DNA of 64,000 nucleotides from Neovahlkampfia damariscottae (Eukaryota): NCBI GenBank assembly GCA_016618085.1, contig JABLTG010000041.1, positions 1 to 64,000 of the forward strand, read 5' to 3'. Shown piece by piece: positions 1 to 14,537 of this stretch (position 1 is its first letter; each line of letters starts with the position of its first letter). The notes under the pieces were generated by a model. It saw only the letters and a program-made list of their open reading frames with translations, ran no database searches and was not told where the DNA came from. The position numbers and the translations under genes were made by a program.

Positions 1-343
1 CTTTTTTTGGAATAGAACATGAAGGTCCTGTCCAATTTTGATTGCAAATACATCCAGAATTTGAACATTTTCCTTGATTTGTGTTTACATGACAATTATT
101 CGGACATTTACATGTTCCAGGGTATAAAACACCAAGATTACATGAACTATAACAGTTTTTTGTCAGTAAATCTGGAGAAACTAGATGATTTGATTTCCAA
201 GTCGAACAGACAGGTAATTTTATTGGCACATTTGACCATTCCTTATTACAATCCTCTATGCATTGAGGACCACCAGGTTTTGTTCCTTTTGCGTGAGCAA
301 CCAAGCCAAAGAGTATCAGTATAAAAACAATTTTTCCAAACAT
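1..343 (-). CDS. Secreted Cys-rich protein (Kazal-like plus EGF/tenascin-like repeat), runs off the window
   Basis: Not in the ORF track. Manual translation from ATG 343: MFGKIVFILILFGLVAHA (signal peptide)...CKCPNNCHVNTNQGKCSNSGCICNQNWTGPSC. CCAAT at 352 and 374. Confidence 0.75.
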   Translation of the reverse strand, partial: MFGKIVFILILFGLVAHAKGTKPGGPQCIEDCNKEWSNVPIKLPVCSTWKSNHLVSPDLLTKNCYSSCNLGVLYPGTCKCPNNCHVNTNQGKCSNSGCICNQNWTGPSCSIPKK

Positions 344-409
344 ACCTTTATCCAATAAAATGATTCTGACCTTCCAATAAAATCATCTTTATTTTTAGAA
401 TCTGTGTTT

Positions 410-1898
410 TCAGTCCTTTTGGATATAAGGGTATTCATCCTTTTCATATCTTTTTCCAGGAACTTTAAATGGAATTGGAATCTCATTTGGTATATTTTCA
501 TTTGAAATTTTTGAAATGTTTTCATAAACTTTAGGTTTGAAAAAGACACTCAATTCATAATTCAAAATATGCAATTGAGAATCATTCTTTTGTAGTTTAC
601 CTAAAGCAGCTCCTGAAAAATTATGAGAGCCAATCATACCCCAACTAGTTAATTTGTCATCTTTCAAATCAAGAGAAACAATCATCTATCGTTTTTTACA
701 ATTAGAAACATTTAAACATACCTTTGAATGTGATAACAAGTAATTTTTGGTCAAAGGTTCAAAATTTGTTAAATTTTCCTTTGGAAATGCTTTTAGATCA
801 TAAGCTTTTTGTGGGAGAAAACACATTCCAGCTCCAAAAATACCCAACCTATTTTGTTAAAAATTAATATGTTTTATATATTACTTGCTTCTGTTAACTG
901 TGAGAACATTTGGAAATACTAAATTAAAATTTGATTTTTTACATTTGAAAGATTCCAAAACACCATTCAACCAATTTTCATAAATAGTTCCAATACTTGA
1001 GCTTTGGTAATAAACTGATTTATTAGATTGAACGTTATACTTTTCTAACAATTTTCTTAATCTCATATGTCCATATTTATCTCTTTGATTTGTTCTATGA
1101 TATCCTGGAATTGATGGAATTAAATCAACCTGAGCAGAAGAAAAATCATATTTGTCAAGCCAATTTGTGTTTAGATTATTGGTACAATGTTTCCAAAAAT
1201 CATATAATGTCTCTCTAAAATCATTTGATTCCTTTGTTTTTGATTCCTTCTTGGGAAAGTCTTGAACCCAAACAACTTGAATGTAACTATTCCAATCTTG
1301 AAAATGATAAATGAATTAAAAATATTACCTGCTTTTGTCATATTTCCAGATGTAACTGTAATTCTTAAAAAATCTTCATATTCAAGAAACCAACTTGATT
1401 TTTAAATTTTAAATTTTTTAAATTACATTTTTGAATGTACTGATCCATAATGTTCAATTTTTGGATGACAAACGCATATAGTTTGATTTCTAAATTTTCA
1501 ACCTTTTTTTTTAATTTTACTTTAATAAAAAATTTCCTTGTGAATCACCAGATTGTGTTGACCAATGTTTACAAATTGTTATTGGAATATCTTTATGAGG
1601 TGGTATGAGTTGGTTCAAAAATTCCATTTCCAAAGTGAAAGTTGAAAATGAAAAAGACTTCAAATGTTCCTTGGAGAACTGTTTCAGAATTTTTAAAAAA
1701 AAATACAATATCAATAATTTCTTCAATTTTGACAGTTGATGCTTTTGGATATTGTCCTTCCAAAGAATTCAAAAAGAAACCTTTTCCGTCAAATTTTCTT
1801 TGTAATTTTCCGCTTTGTTGTTGACTGAGTTTTAAAGCAAGTTTGAGTTCTTCATCTTCATCAGAACTAATATCTACAACACTGATTTTTCTTTTCAT
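410..1898 (-). CDS. TDP1: Tyrosyl-DNA phosphodiesterase 1, multi-exon, with N-terminal UIM-like helix
   Basis: Spliced fragments: two HSK motifs, YYQSSSIG, MIGSHNFSGAALG, ILNYELSV; N-terminal DEDEELKLALKLSQQQ; start MKRKIS at 1898. Confidence 0.85.
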
Positions 1899-2050
1899 AA
1901 AAGTTCGTCTCAACAGTGGACCTGGCGCTAAAAATATTCTCTTCAGTTTTGACCAATGAACAAACAGTAGAAAAAACTTGTTTAAATTTAGCATTGGATT
2001 CAAAAAATGCAAGTTTTTTTTTTTTGAAAAATTTATTGGATGTGGAATTC

Positions 2051-3653
2051 TTATTTGTTGAATTCAACAAAATTTGAAGGAAATAAACCCATTTTTCCAT
2101 TCAGCATTCCTTGCCACCATCCATCTTCACCCATATGATAAACTTCAATTTGTGCGCCTTCTTCAAATGGCAATTCAGTTGGTTCTTGAGGATCATAAGG
2201 ATAAATAGCAGTTGCAATTCCCAACAATTCCGCAACTTCTTCTCCTTCGCCATTTTCTGCTAAAACAACAGGAGCATTTGGATCATAATCTTGCACAAAA
2301 TTTGATGGAAAGATTCCCATTTTTCCATTGAGTTTACCAATCCACCAATCATCTGTCATTTCTGTTACATCAACAATATCTCCCGGTTTAAGAGCGAGTT
2401 CTTCTTCATTTTGTGGTTCATATTCATAAATCGCAGTTACAACTTTAATTACTGGTTGATCACCAATAACTTCAATTTCTTGTTTTCCAGATGGTGAAGA
2501 TGATAAACCTGAAGGAATTGCAACATCTGTGGCTGATGATGATCTTGGATTTGAACCTCCAGAACCTTCAAAACCAACACTACTACCATATTTTTTAGCG
2601 TTTTTCAATAAATCATTTGAATATTTTTCAGGAGTAAGTTCTAAAGAAAATTTAGTAATTTCAAACTAACCTTGTTGAATTTTACAAGACATTGGTTCGA
2701 ATACTTCCGTAGGTGGACGTTTTTTATCTGATTTTGTTTTTAAAATATATTCTTGAACATCACCTTCTGGGTTTATTGCTGAAAAACTTTGTTCCAACAC
2801 ACTAACACCAGTTTCTAAACTTTCAATAAAAGTAGCTTGCAAAGCAGCATAATTTAAAAAAGTTTTTTTAAGAATATCGATTCTTTTTTTATCCAAAGCT
2901 TCCATAACTGACATTAAACCACCAAGAGCTAAAAAGTAATGATCTCTTGTTTTGTTTTGTTTTTCAACTGATGCTTTATAATCAGCTTCTGCTTTTTTGG
3001 AGTTTTTTTCAGCAGTGTTAACACTAGCTTGTAATTTTTGAAGTTGTTTTGGTTTTAAACCTTTTGCTTGAAGTAAATCGATTTGAAGTTTTTCAAAGTT
3101 TTTTTTACATTCTATGTCTTTCTCTTTTGCCTGAAAAATTTTAACATTAAAAAAAAATATTCTTTTTACTTTTAAACAGACACCATTTGCTGCTTCGTAT
3201 TCTTTTCTTAGTCTTGATTCTTCTTTATCCGCCTTGTTTGTTTTTTTTTAATTTTTTTTTTGTTTTACCATTTTTAATTGTTTTGAAACTTCTGTTTGTA
3301 ATGAAGTTAAATCTGTTACATATTTTTTAGCCACTTCGAGTGAGTTTAAAGTTCTCACTTTTCCTGTATCTTGTGCGAATTTGACTAATGAATTACAAGG
3401 ACCAACAATTGCGCCCATAGTAGGATCAATATCCAAACTGGCCTTTGTTGTTTGTTTTGCTACTTTGTCTTCAGCTGCTGCTTGTTCTTTGAAAAAGGAA
3501 ATTACTGCACCCAAATTAGCAAGACTTGTTACAAATCTCTTTGAAATTTGAGGGTAACAATCCTAAAAGTTAATAAATATTGTGAATTATTACCCATAAA
3601 TCTTCTTTGTAGGTCAAGTTAACTCCTTCAATATTGATCTGTTCCACTGACAT
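2051..3653 (-). CDS. F-BAR domain protein with two C-terminal SH3 domains
   Basis: Two SH3 domains (AIYEY..EELAL..WWIG..GIFPSNFV); helical N-terminus starting YKEDLW; several short introns. Confidence 0.8.
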
Positions 3654-3955
3654 GATGAGAAAACAAATAACCTTTTTTATTGGTTGAAAAAGATCCAATG
3701 ATTTTGTAGCGAAAAATAAAAATCCTCAAACAGAGTACATTTGACAAGAAAAATACTAATTTTCAACCAAAAAAATTTGCCAATAGGATGAAAACTTTTT
3801 TCCAAATTGTTTATCAACAAATTTTCCTATTTTTGTGTTCAAATGATCAAATCAATGAAAGACATAATAGAAGAAGAATATCAATAGTTTTCAAATTAGA
3901 ACAATTCGATTCCGTCAACATTTTTATTGGTCAAAAAAAGTCAACTTTTTCTTTG

Positions 3956-5399
3956 ATGGAAGAGGACACAGACAAAGAACTGACGAAAGTTGAAATACAA
4001 ACAGATGAAAATATAATCCAAGAAGAATATATAACAACAATACTGGAAGATGAAGACTTTGTTCTACCAAAACGATACATTGTTGAAAAAATAATTGGAG
4101 TTGGTTCATATTCCTCAGTCATGTTAAATAAAAAGAAAAATTAATAATTTTTAGTTCCGCTTACGATACAAAACTAAAAAAAAAAGTTGCTATAAAAAAA
4201 AACATTGCTGTTTTTCCATACGAAGACGAAGAAGAATACCATCGTTTAGAAATCCGCATCATTCGAGAAATTAAAACTCTACTACATTGCAAACATCCTT
4301 CTGTAACTTGTTTCACTTTTTAAAACTTCTTCAGATTATTGAAATTATAGATTTAATTTTACCACAAAATTTTGACACTTGGACTGATGTGTACATTGTA
4401 TTTCCATTATTTGAATCAGATTTGAAAAATATTATAAAAACAAATGTTTTATCATTAGATCATATGAAATACATTTTATATCAAATTTTATCATCTGTTT
4501 ATTATTTAAATTCATGTTCAATTATACATCGGTAAATTTTGTGGTTAAAATTCTAATTTTTGTTTGATAGTGATTTGAAACCTGCTAATTTTTTAATGAA
4601 TTCGGATTGTAAAATTACTGTAATTAGATGAAAAAACGTTTTTTTGACTTTTTATCCAGTTGTGTGATTTTGGATTAGCAAAAGGTGCCAATTGTAAAAA
4701 AGATATAAGAATGAGCACCTTTGCTGTACAGACAAGATGGTATCGAGCACCGGAATTATTGTAAGACTAAAAAAACTTTAAAAAAACTCTCAAAGATTTC
4801 AAGAAACCATCACACCTGTCGAAGTACTTTATTTTTTTTCATTTATCATTCACAGGGTAATTTTGAAATTTTTCACATTATTTTCAATAGTTGAAATGTG
4901 GAGTATAGGTTGTATTTTTGGTGAGATGATTTTAAGACTACCTTTATTTTTTTCTGAATCAATAGTTCCACAAATCAATAAATTATTATTAGTTTTAGGA
5001 ACACCAGATAAGGAAGATGTATACGGAATCGATTCTGCAAAACAGTATTTATTCGGTCTACCATTTTATTATCCACCACCAGATAGTGAATTATTTCCAT
5101 TTTTTAAAGACAAAGATGGATTGGATTTATTTCATCAAATGATGAACTGGAATCCTTATAAAAGAATCTCAACTGAAGAAGCACTAAAACATCCATTCTT
5201 TGATGACTTAAGAAAAGAATCTGATTTTATTGATTTACAGACTTTCAATGAGTCAACTTTTGATGACAGTTTTTTAGATGAAATTGAGATCAAAGGTGAG
5301 AAACGTAAGCATTTGAAAAAAAATTGAATCATTGAAATAGAGGTTCTATATGATATAATTAAAGGATTTCATCAACAAAAAAACGAAAAAACTTTGTAA
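3956..5399 (+). CDS. Divergent MAP kinase-like (CMGC) kinase, multi-exon
   Basis: IGVGSYS, VAIKK, IHR|DLKPAN, CDFGLA, TRWYRAPE, WSIGCIFGEM, KRISTEEALKHPFF across ~30-45 nt introns. Confidence 0.85.
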
Positions 5400-5452
5400 A
5401 AACGATTTAAATAAATCATTCCAACTTTACTTTCATTGGTTAAAATTGAAAA

Positions 5453-5941
5453 ATGTTTACAAAAAAAAAAACATCTGTTGAAGTGATTGCAAACCCATCA
5501 AAAATTGAGAATTCAGTTTCAAAATATTTCGAAAATGTTAAAGATAATTCAGATATAGGTGAACAAAAAAGACAACAACATCAAAAGTTAAACCAAAAAT
5601 ACAAAAAAAAACATGCAGGTGTTGGAAGTGATAAATTATCAAAAGAAGCAAAAATTGCACAAGAATCATCAAAAGAAGGTAGTAATACAGAATTAAAAAA
5701 GAAAATTTTACAAAAAAAAAAAAAGAGAAATCAGAAATTTGTTGATTATGGAGAAGATGAAGAAGAAGAGTCAAAAACAGAAGAACCAACAGAAAAAAAA
5801 AAAGAAAAAAAACAACAACAAGAACTTTCAGATGATGAATTATTAAATTCTAAATCAAAATTAACAAAATCTAGAAAAATGCGAGAGAAATTAAAACAAG
5901 TTCAAAAGATTAGAAAAGATTTGTATAATGACAAAAAGTAA
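5453..5941 (+). CDS. Lys/Glu-rich hypothetical protein (possibly nucleolar)
   Basis: 162-aa ORF with ATTGG box just upstream; highly charged; no recognisable domain. Confidence 0.55.
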   Translation: MFTKKKTSVEVIANPSKIENSVSKYFENVKDNSDIGEQKRQQHQKLNQKYKKKHAGVGSDKLSKEAKIAQESSKEGSNTELKKKILQKKKKRNQKFVDYGEDEEEESKTEEPTEKKKEKKQQQELSDDELLNSKSKLTKSRKMREKLKQVQKIRKDLYNDKK

Positions 5942-5943
5942 AT

Positions 5944-7283
5944 TTATTTTTTCAATTCAAAAATTCTTGCTGTTTTATCATCTGATGTGGAGACTAAGAA
6001 ATCTTTGGAATGTGCAAAATCTAAAATCAATTGAGTGTGTCCTGTGAATTCTTGGATTAGTTTTCCTTGTCTGACATCCCATGAAGCTAATGTACCATCA
6101 ACACATCCACAATACAATACTTTGGAATCTGAATCATATGTAATTTTAACAATACCATCCTAAATTTGAAAATTAAAAATGTAACAAAGAAAACGAACTT
6201 GATTTTCGAGTTTATGACGTAATTTTAAGTTATTACTATCCCATAAACAGATACTGCTATCCATGGATGCCGTTACAAAAGTTGATAATCCATCACAAAA
6301 AGTACAACTCTCAATTGAATCTTCATGAGCGTCTAATTTAGCCAAAACTTTCTTTTGTTTTATTGAAATCATAAATGCTTCTCCAGTAGATGTACCTGCT
6401 AAAAAGACAATTGGATCATCAGGTTTTGGTGCAATACAATGAATAGCAGATTCACTCAAAGTCTCACTAGCAAAAGTATGTAAGCATTCACCAGATTTTG
6501 GATCAAATATTTTGATACTTTCATCTTCACTTCCTGTTATAATTTTGTTTCCACTGCTATTAAATTTTCCGCATGTCACTGAAGCACCATGACCTCCAAA
6601 AACTTGTAAACATTTACCACTGTCTGCATTGAACATCCAACATGTTGTATCTTCACTTCCAACTAAAATTACATTTCCTTTTGGATGCCATTCCATAAAC
6701 TTTGAATTTTAGATCAATAAATATTTTGGTTTACTGTAATTGCTTCACTTGGACCTTCAAGTGTTTGTACTAATTTTCCTTCTTTTGACCAAATTTTAGT
6801 AACTCCTTCTTCATCTCCAGTTGCAAATAAACTACCATCTACATTGAATTTAACATTGGAAACTGTTTCCTTGTGACCTTTTAACTCTTGAATTATTTCC
6901 ATTTTTTTATCATCAGAATTGTATTTCCATAAAAATCCTCTATCATCACCACCACCTGTAACTATCAAATGTTGATCTTTTGGGTTGATGTCTATTGCAT
7001 AAACACTTTCTTTGTGTTCTTCAAACTTAAAAACACTTGTATCTACAACAGAAATCTCTTCTTTGATCTCATCAATTTCATCTTCTCCGATAAAAATTTG
7101 TTCTTCTTCATCAAATTCAGAAACATCATCTTCAATAGTCTTTTTTTTTTTAATTTTTTTTTTTTTTTTCTATACCAAATCATCCAACAGAGAAATTTCT
7201 TCTTCATCAATTTTTTCTTCTTTAATTTCCTCTATTGTTTCTTCTTCAATTTTTTTTGTGTTTTGTTTCTTTTCTTCGTCCAT
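5944..7283 (-). CDS. SQT1: WD40 ribosome assembly chaperone SQT1/AAMP-like
   Basis: Acidic N-terminus, TGGGDD, EGPSEAI, WHPKGNVILVGSED, GHGASVTCG; 3 introns; start MDEEKK at 7283. Confidence 0.8.
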
Positions 7284-7332
7284 TTTAAATTTGAAAAACA
7301 AATTGGATTGGATAAGAAAAATTCCTCCAATT
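7284..7332. promoter_or_regulatory. 49-bp bidirectional promoter with three CCAAT boxes
   Basis: ATTGG at 7302 and 7307, CCAAT at 7327, between divergent ATGs at 7283 and 7333. Confidence 0.65.
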
Positions 7333-7959
7333 ATGTCTTCCAAAAACTCCGATGAACTACTTTCATTGATAAAACTTGATCCAACTGAAATTATCAATCT
7401 TTATCAATATGGTTCAAGAGTTTATGGAACGTTTCATGAAAAATCCGATTGGGATTATACAGTCATTGTTAAAGGAAATTCTTATAAACAAAAAAACACT
7501 TTAAAATATCAAAATTTCGATATTAACTTTTATGGAGAAAAAGAATTTGAAAAAGAAATATCTAATTTTTCAGCAAAAGCTTTGGAATATTTATTTTTAC
7601 CTTCAAAATTTGTTCCAATCCAAAACGTGGACTACGCAAAAGAATTCAAAAAAGACGGAAAGAAAATAGCAAATTCATTCATTAATTCATCTAAAGATTC
7701 TTGGACCAGTGCTGAAACACATTGGAATTTGAATAAATACAACAAATCAAAAAAGAAAATATTTCACACGATCAGGACACTTTTATTTGGAATTCAAATT
7801 CTGAAAAAAGATAAAATATATGACTATGAGGAAGGAAATACATACTACAAAGAAATCATGAAAGATAAATTCAAAACTTTTGAAGAAGTGAAACAAAAAT
7901 ATTATAAGGTGGTAAAAAATTTAATGGCTGAGCTAGAAAAACTGTCAAAGAACAAGTGA
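7333..7959 (+). CDS. Pol-beta superfamily nucleotidyltransferase (RlaP/Nuc-transf-like), intronless
   Basis: YQYGSRVYG...SDWDY (GS/DxD motif); C-terminal helical KKIFHTIR; real start MSSKNS at 7333. Confidence 0.7.
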   Translation: MSSKNSDELLSLIKLDPTEIINLYQYGSRVYGTFHEKSDWDYTVIVKGNSYKQKNTLKYQNFDINFYGEKEFEKEISNFSAKALEYLFLPSKFVPIQNVDYAKEFKKDGKKIANSFINSSKDSWTSAETHWNLNKYNKSKKKIFHTIRTLLFGIQILKKDKIYDYEEGNTYYKEIMKDKFKTFEEVKQKYYKVVKNLMAELEKLSKNK

Positions 7960-8062
7960 TTAATTTAAATTTTTCATGAGAACGAATTAATTTGAGTTTT
8001 TTGGTTTTATTTTGACCAATAAATGTTCATTTTTTTTTTCCAATAAAAAACACTCAGTCAGA

Positions 8063-9472
<1,410 letters not shown>

Positions 9473-9482
9473 AAAAGGACAT

Positions 9483-9737
9483 TCAGTCAAATTTGATTTG
9501 TATTTTTGATTTTTTAGATTTTATACTTGCTATTCCATTATTTGGATCATAACCACCAACGGATTCATCATTGGAGGATTTTTTACTTCTTTGATTTGTT
9601 CTTTTATTTCTTGTATCGTATTCTGTTTCAGCATTGTTTTGATCACGATATTGGTTGTTGTTGTCGTTGTTTCCATTACTTTCGACAAAACAAACAAGAA
9701 GTAAAATTACAAGAAGAACGAAAATTGGCCACTTCAT
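9483..9737 (-). CDS. Small secreted protein
   Basis: MKWPIFVLLVILLLVCFVES signal peptide followed by a polar tail; upstream ATTGG at ~9760. Confidence 0.5.
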   Translation of the reverse strand: MKWPIFVLLVILLLVCFVESNGNNDNNNQYRDQNNAETEYDTRNKRTNQRSKKSSNDESVGGYDPNNGIASIKSKKSKIQIKFD

Positions 9738-9927
9738 CACTTTTGGACAAAACTATTTGATTGGATAAAAAAAAGCAGTTGGAGTTGAATAAGAAGAATT
9801 AAGTGGAAAATTCAATTTTCTGGTAGTTTAAACCTCTTTTCTGTTGAACTAATTTTCATTTGTCATTCCCAAAGCAGCAATCCTCTCCGATTGGTCAATT
9901 AGTTTCCAACTGGCGAGTGGTAATCTG

Positions 9928-10475
9928 ATGAAGAGAGTGATTTCACTGAGGAATGTTGAGACGTTTACCACAAAAGAATATCAAACATTTGATCTTGTGA
10001 ATGAAGAAACAAGGGTATCGATTCCATTCCAATCAAGAAAACGAACAAAAAGTTTAAAAGATATCAGAAACAGTTTGACACATTTATTCCATACAAAAAC
10101 AACTTCTACTGATGATATATCTCGAAACATATCACCAAAAGAAAAAAAAACTCAACGTACAAAAAATGATAGTTTTCACACTTTTTCACAGAGAGAATTT
10201 TCTTGAAACACGAATCAAACCTGAAATTTAAATCATTAAAAAAGAACGAAGACATTATAAAAAAGAAATTTTCACACATGGATCATCTCCAACAAGACGA
10301 AGACGATCAAAATTACGATAAAATAAAATTGCTTCATCGTGAATTGACTGAAGACTTAAAACAAATGACAGCGGACTTAATATTTTCATCAGATGAAATC
10401 AAAGAGTACTATACACCAATTGTTCATTTATTCAAAGAAAAAACCAGAGAAATTAAAAAAAAAAATAACTTGTAA
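9928..10475 (+). CDS. Hypothetical protein (two exons)
   Basis: ORFs 9928 and 10203 join in frame through GT-AG intron 10157-10191; ATTGG at 9890. Confidence 0.55.
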
Positions 10476-10505
10476 AATAAAAATGTTTCTCTTTCTTGTA
10501 TTTGA

Positions 10506-11259
10506 TCATATTACATTACAAGCTTTCTTTTTACTTGAACTTGAAACAGGAAGTTCAAAAATTTCTTCTTTTTTTTCTTCTTCTTGATCTCCTCGTGTCT
10601 TTAAATATTCTTCTGCCAAATACTCAAAAACTAAAAAGTTGATTGTTTTCATTTATTTTATTTTACCTTCATCTACATTCGTATTATCTTTGACACATGT
10701 TCTAATAAATTTTACACCCAATTTACTTGCCAATTCATCTCCTTCTTCACTAAAAAAAAGAAAAAAATTAATAGTGTTTCTTTTTACTTTTCTACAACTT
10801 TGTCTTTGATTAAATCAATTTTATTTTGAATTAAACAAGTTGGAATCTCATCACACTCTTCATCAACTTTTTTTTTCCATTTTTCAACAGCTTTGAATGA
10901 ATCTCTGTCAATAGTTGAAAAAGCAACCTTTTATAACATGTAAGAATTCTAAAAAAAAAGTTACAACTGCGCAACCAGCTCCTCTGTAGTATCTTCTTGT
11001 AACAGAATCATATTCTTTTTAAAAAAAAAATAAATGAAATTTTTGGATAAAAAATACCTTCCTGACCAGCTGTATCCCAAAGCATAAATTTCACGGTTTT
11101 ATTTGCTGATTTTATAAATAATTCTTTCTCTTTGAAAGCAGCACCTATCGTTTTTTTATATTTATCATCATATTCACCTGAAGCAAACCTTTTGATCATA
11201 CTTGTTTTACCGACTTGTCCATTTCCTACAATGATGACTTTAATTGCTACTTCACTCAT
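10506..11259 (-). CDS. RAB23: Rab23 small GTPase
   Basis: IKVIIVGNGQVGKTSMI, YKKTIG, WDTAGQE, QNKID, C-terminal CNVI CaaX box; 4 introns. Confidence 0.85.
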
Positions 11260-11541
11260 AAGTATCAAAAAATTCTAAACTGACCTGTCGTAGGACCAAT
11301 CAAATTGGTTTTTGTTTGACAAATCAGGTAATGTTAATATACAAATTTGTACGTTGGTGCATCAAATTTGAATGAAAAAAACTCCGACTATTCTTTTTCC
11401 TCTTTTGTTGGAAATATAAATGAAATAAGTTGAAATTTGAAGATAATATCAGAAAACCTCTGGAGAATCATTTGGTTTGCTGAAAGAAAAATGAGACAAA
11501 TCAAAATACTTGAAGATCTTCCAAATCATGATAAAATTTAT

Positions 11542-13642
11542 TTAAAGTTCAACTTTAGGTGGTTTTAAACTATCACCATATAATGATGAAGAACCATATC
11601 CATTTGGATAAATACAGAAATATCTTGTAGCAATCAATTCATCTTTTGCAACAACCCAATCTACAAAAATTAATAATAAAAAGTATCAAACATGGATTTG
11701 GCATTCCTTTTAATGTTGGGTGACCTTTTGCAATTTGACAAACAGCCATTAAACCCATTTGACCTTTTGCAAAAATACTCTTTTTCCAAGGATCTTGATA
11801 TCTCATCTGAAAAAAAAAGTGTTTAGAAAAATTAGTTTTACATAACCGAAAGAGGTTTGAGCATCATTAGCCAAGTATACACCACTTCCATAAGCAGCTC
11901 CATTTACTTGTCCTTTTGTTCCTGACATATTTTTTAAACCTTTTCTTAAAATCGCATGCCAATTGCACAATGCTGAACCATGAAAAGCCCAAATTTCACC
12001 ATATTTATCTTTATTATCTTGAAATATTTTTTCTTGTTTTGGTGTTGATGACAATAAAAGATATTGATGTTCTGTATTCATTTCTTTCAATTGTTCTTTT
12101 TCTGATAATTTTTTCAAGTGGCATCTGTTTGATGAAATAAGCCATCTTAAAAGTGGATAAGCCAATGGATGAAGTTTATCCATTTCACTTTTTAATATAT
12201 CTTTTTCAGCCCATTTCACTAAATCAACAACAGCAGGATATTTATCAAGAACATCAAGCTTTCGATATTTGAGTAACAATAAATTTTCTTACGACTTTTG
12301 AGTTGTCCATTTCTCCTTTACGTTTGAAATCATATTTTGTTTCTTTTCCAGTGTCTTTGTTGACAACTTTAACTTCAATTCCATCTGGATATGGATCAAA
12401 TGGATTGAATGAACTGACAGCTTGACATGCACCATATGCTAATGTAATCATCAAATCAACAATATCAGGATGTTTTTTCAATTCAGATTCAATATCAACA
12501 CCTAAACCATATTGTTCAACACTGAAAACACACAATGGTTTATCACAAGCAACAGGTTTTAACCCACCAAATTCCATTTCTTCACCACAGATAATACATC
12601 TTCCAGGACAATTTTTAACACTTTGAAAAATTTGAGTTTGAAAAAAAAATCAAACCTGTCTTCTATAAAGTCCAGAAGAACATTCAAATAATTCTTTCCA
12701 TTGTGTTTTTTTGGATCAAAATTCTTTTGTAATGGCCAGTATTCCTTCAAGAAAATTTGTTTAATTCTATTTTCTACAGTCCAATCTAAACCCCAACTTG
12801 ATTTATCTGCTAATTCTGAACCATCATTACCTAATTTTTTGATTCCTGATTTACCTGATTGGAAACAGGATATTTCTGGTGGTGATGTTGATTCTGTATA
12901 TAAAGCAGAAAATGTTAATGAAACTGTGATTAATTTATCAAGGTTCAAACCCCACGCATCTACGTTTTTTTTAATTTATTTTTTTGGAATACCTGCAACT
13001 GTACGTGAAATATCAATTCTCTTTTTTGGATCTAAATATAAATAAATCCAACATTGATTGTTTCCAAATTGTCCAGCTTGAGCAAACCATCCATCTACTG
13101 ATTTTCCATCGTGTAATTTTGATACATCTTTCGCAATTTTTTCTTGTGTTTCTTTTCTTGTGTCATCATCAACTTCATTCCAAACACCTAAATGCTCTTT
13201 TAAAAAAAATGAAATCTTCCTACCAGGATTTGTACCCCAAGGTGATTCAGTTTGATCTTTTGGAGTTGGAGTGACTAAAGAGTTAAGAGCAACTTCTCTT
13301 TTTTCTTCACAGATTTCAATGATTTGATCAATCACATCTTCAATTCCACCTTCACTTTTTTTTTAAGAAAAAAATTAGTAGCAAGAACTGGTACCTTTTT
13401 AAATTTTTTGTTAAGTTTAAAAGTGTATATTTAAAGGTTCCTTTTGGGTATGAGTCAGTAATTTGAATATTAATAGGTAAAAATTCATCAGTAAAAGTTA
13501 CATCTGCATAAAATGTCACTGTGTCTCCTTCAACTGAAAAATCTTTTAACCAATCTTCATTTTCACTGATTTTACCACCATCTTCGGATTCATTTTTAAC
13601 AAATTCTTCTAAATCTGATTTAAGTTGTTCAATGTGGGACAT
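11542..13642 (-). CDS. PARP6/PARP8-like mono-ADP-ribosyltransferase with N-terminal RWD-like region
   Basis: LKPVACDKPLCVF Cys motif, HPLAYPLLRWLISSNRCH, AFHGS..NWHAILRKGL, GAAYGSGVYLA. Confidence 0.85.
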
Positions 13643-13813
13643 AACGCTAATTTTTTAGATTTATTTTTAAATAAAAATTCTATTGGTTGAACTAAAAAAG
13701 ATTTTTTTCGGTGAGGTTTTTTTTTGATCATTTATTTCAAAGAAAATTGAAAAAATAAAAATAAATTCCCTAAGGTAGTAATTCATTGGTCAATAAGTTC
13801 AATTGAAGAAAAA

Positions 13814-14458
13814 ATGTCAAGTAGCTCCAAATCAAAAACTAACTAATATTATTCAATTAGGTTCATACGAAGGATACGAAGAAAAATACCAAACAGTGGA
13901 TGAACCACAAGAACAACAATATGAATCATCATATCAAAACAGTGCACCTGATCATGAATACAGTAGTGATTATCAACCACAAGAACCAAACATTATGAAT
14001 GATTTAACACCAAATCCAAGTAATAATCCATCAGATTTATCATATGAATCAATTCCAAAACAATCAGTTTCTTTCTTGGAACTTTTTGACCCTTTAGTAA
14101 TTTTTAAAAAAAATGTTATTAATTTAAAAGATGAAACGTTATGGTAATTTTAAAATTATTTTTAAAATTCTATTCAAGTTGGTATTACTTTGGTTAAATA
14201 TTTCTATTTCCTTTCAATCGTGTTTTTAGTTTTATCAACACTTGCAGGTCTTTTTTGGGGAATTTACAGAGCATTTATGATGAGCATTTTTTGTAAGTGT
14301 TTAATATAAATCTAATAACTTTAGATGGTGTTGTTGCTTTATTATTTGAACCAATAATTGCAGTTGTTTCATTTATAGTTTCATGGATTGGTCTAAGATT
14401 ATTAACTGAAGTTATTTTAAGTATATTTGAAATGAGAAGAAGTTTAAAAATGAAATAA
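13814..14458 (+). CDS. Small membrane protein with acidic N-terminus, DUF4282-like C-terminus
   Basis: Spliced; hydrophobic segments ending LRLLTEVILSIFEMRRSL; family match from memory only. Confidence 0.45.
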
Positions 14459-14537
14459 TAAAAAATTTTTTCAAGTCCAAAAAAAATTTGAACCCTTTTT
14501 GATTGGACATATTTTTCATTTTTTTTTTTTAACAAAG

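Noticed and set aside
19..324. Plus-strand 101-aa ORF
   Set aside because: Antisense shadow of the signal-peptide/EGF gene on the minus strand.
7012..7332. N-terminal extension of the nucleotidyltransferase ORF
   Set aside because: It is antisense of the SQT1 5' exons plus the promoter; the real start is 7333.
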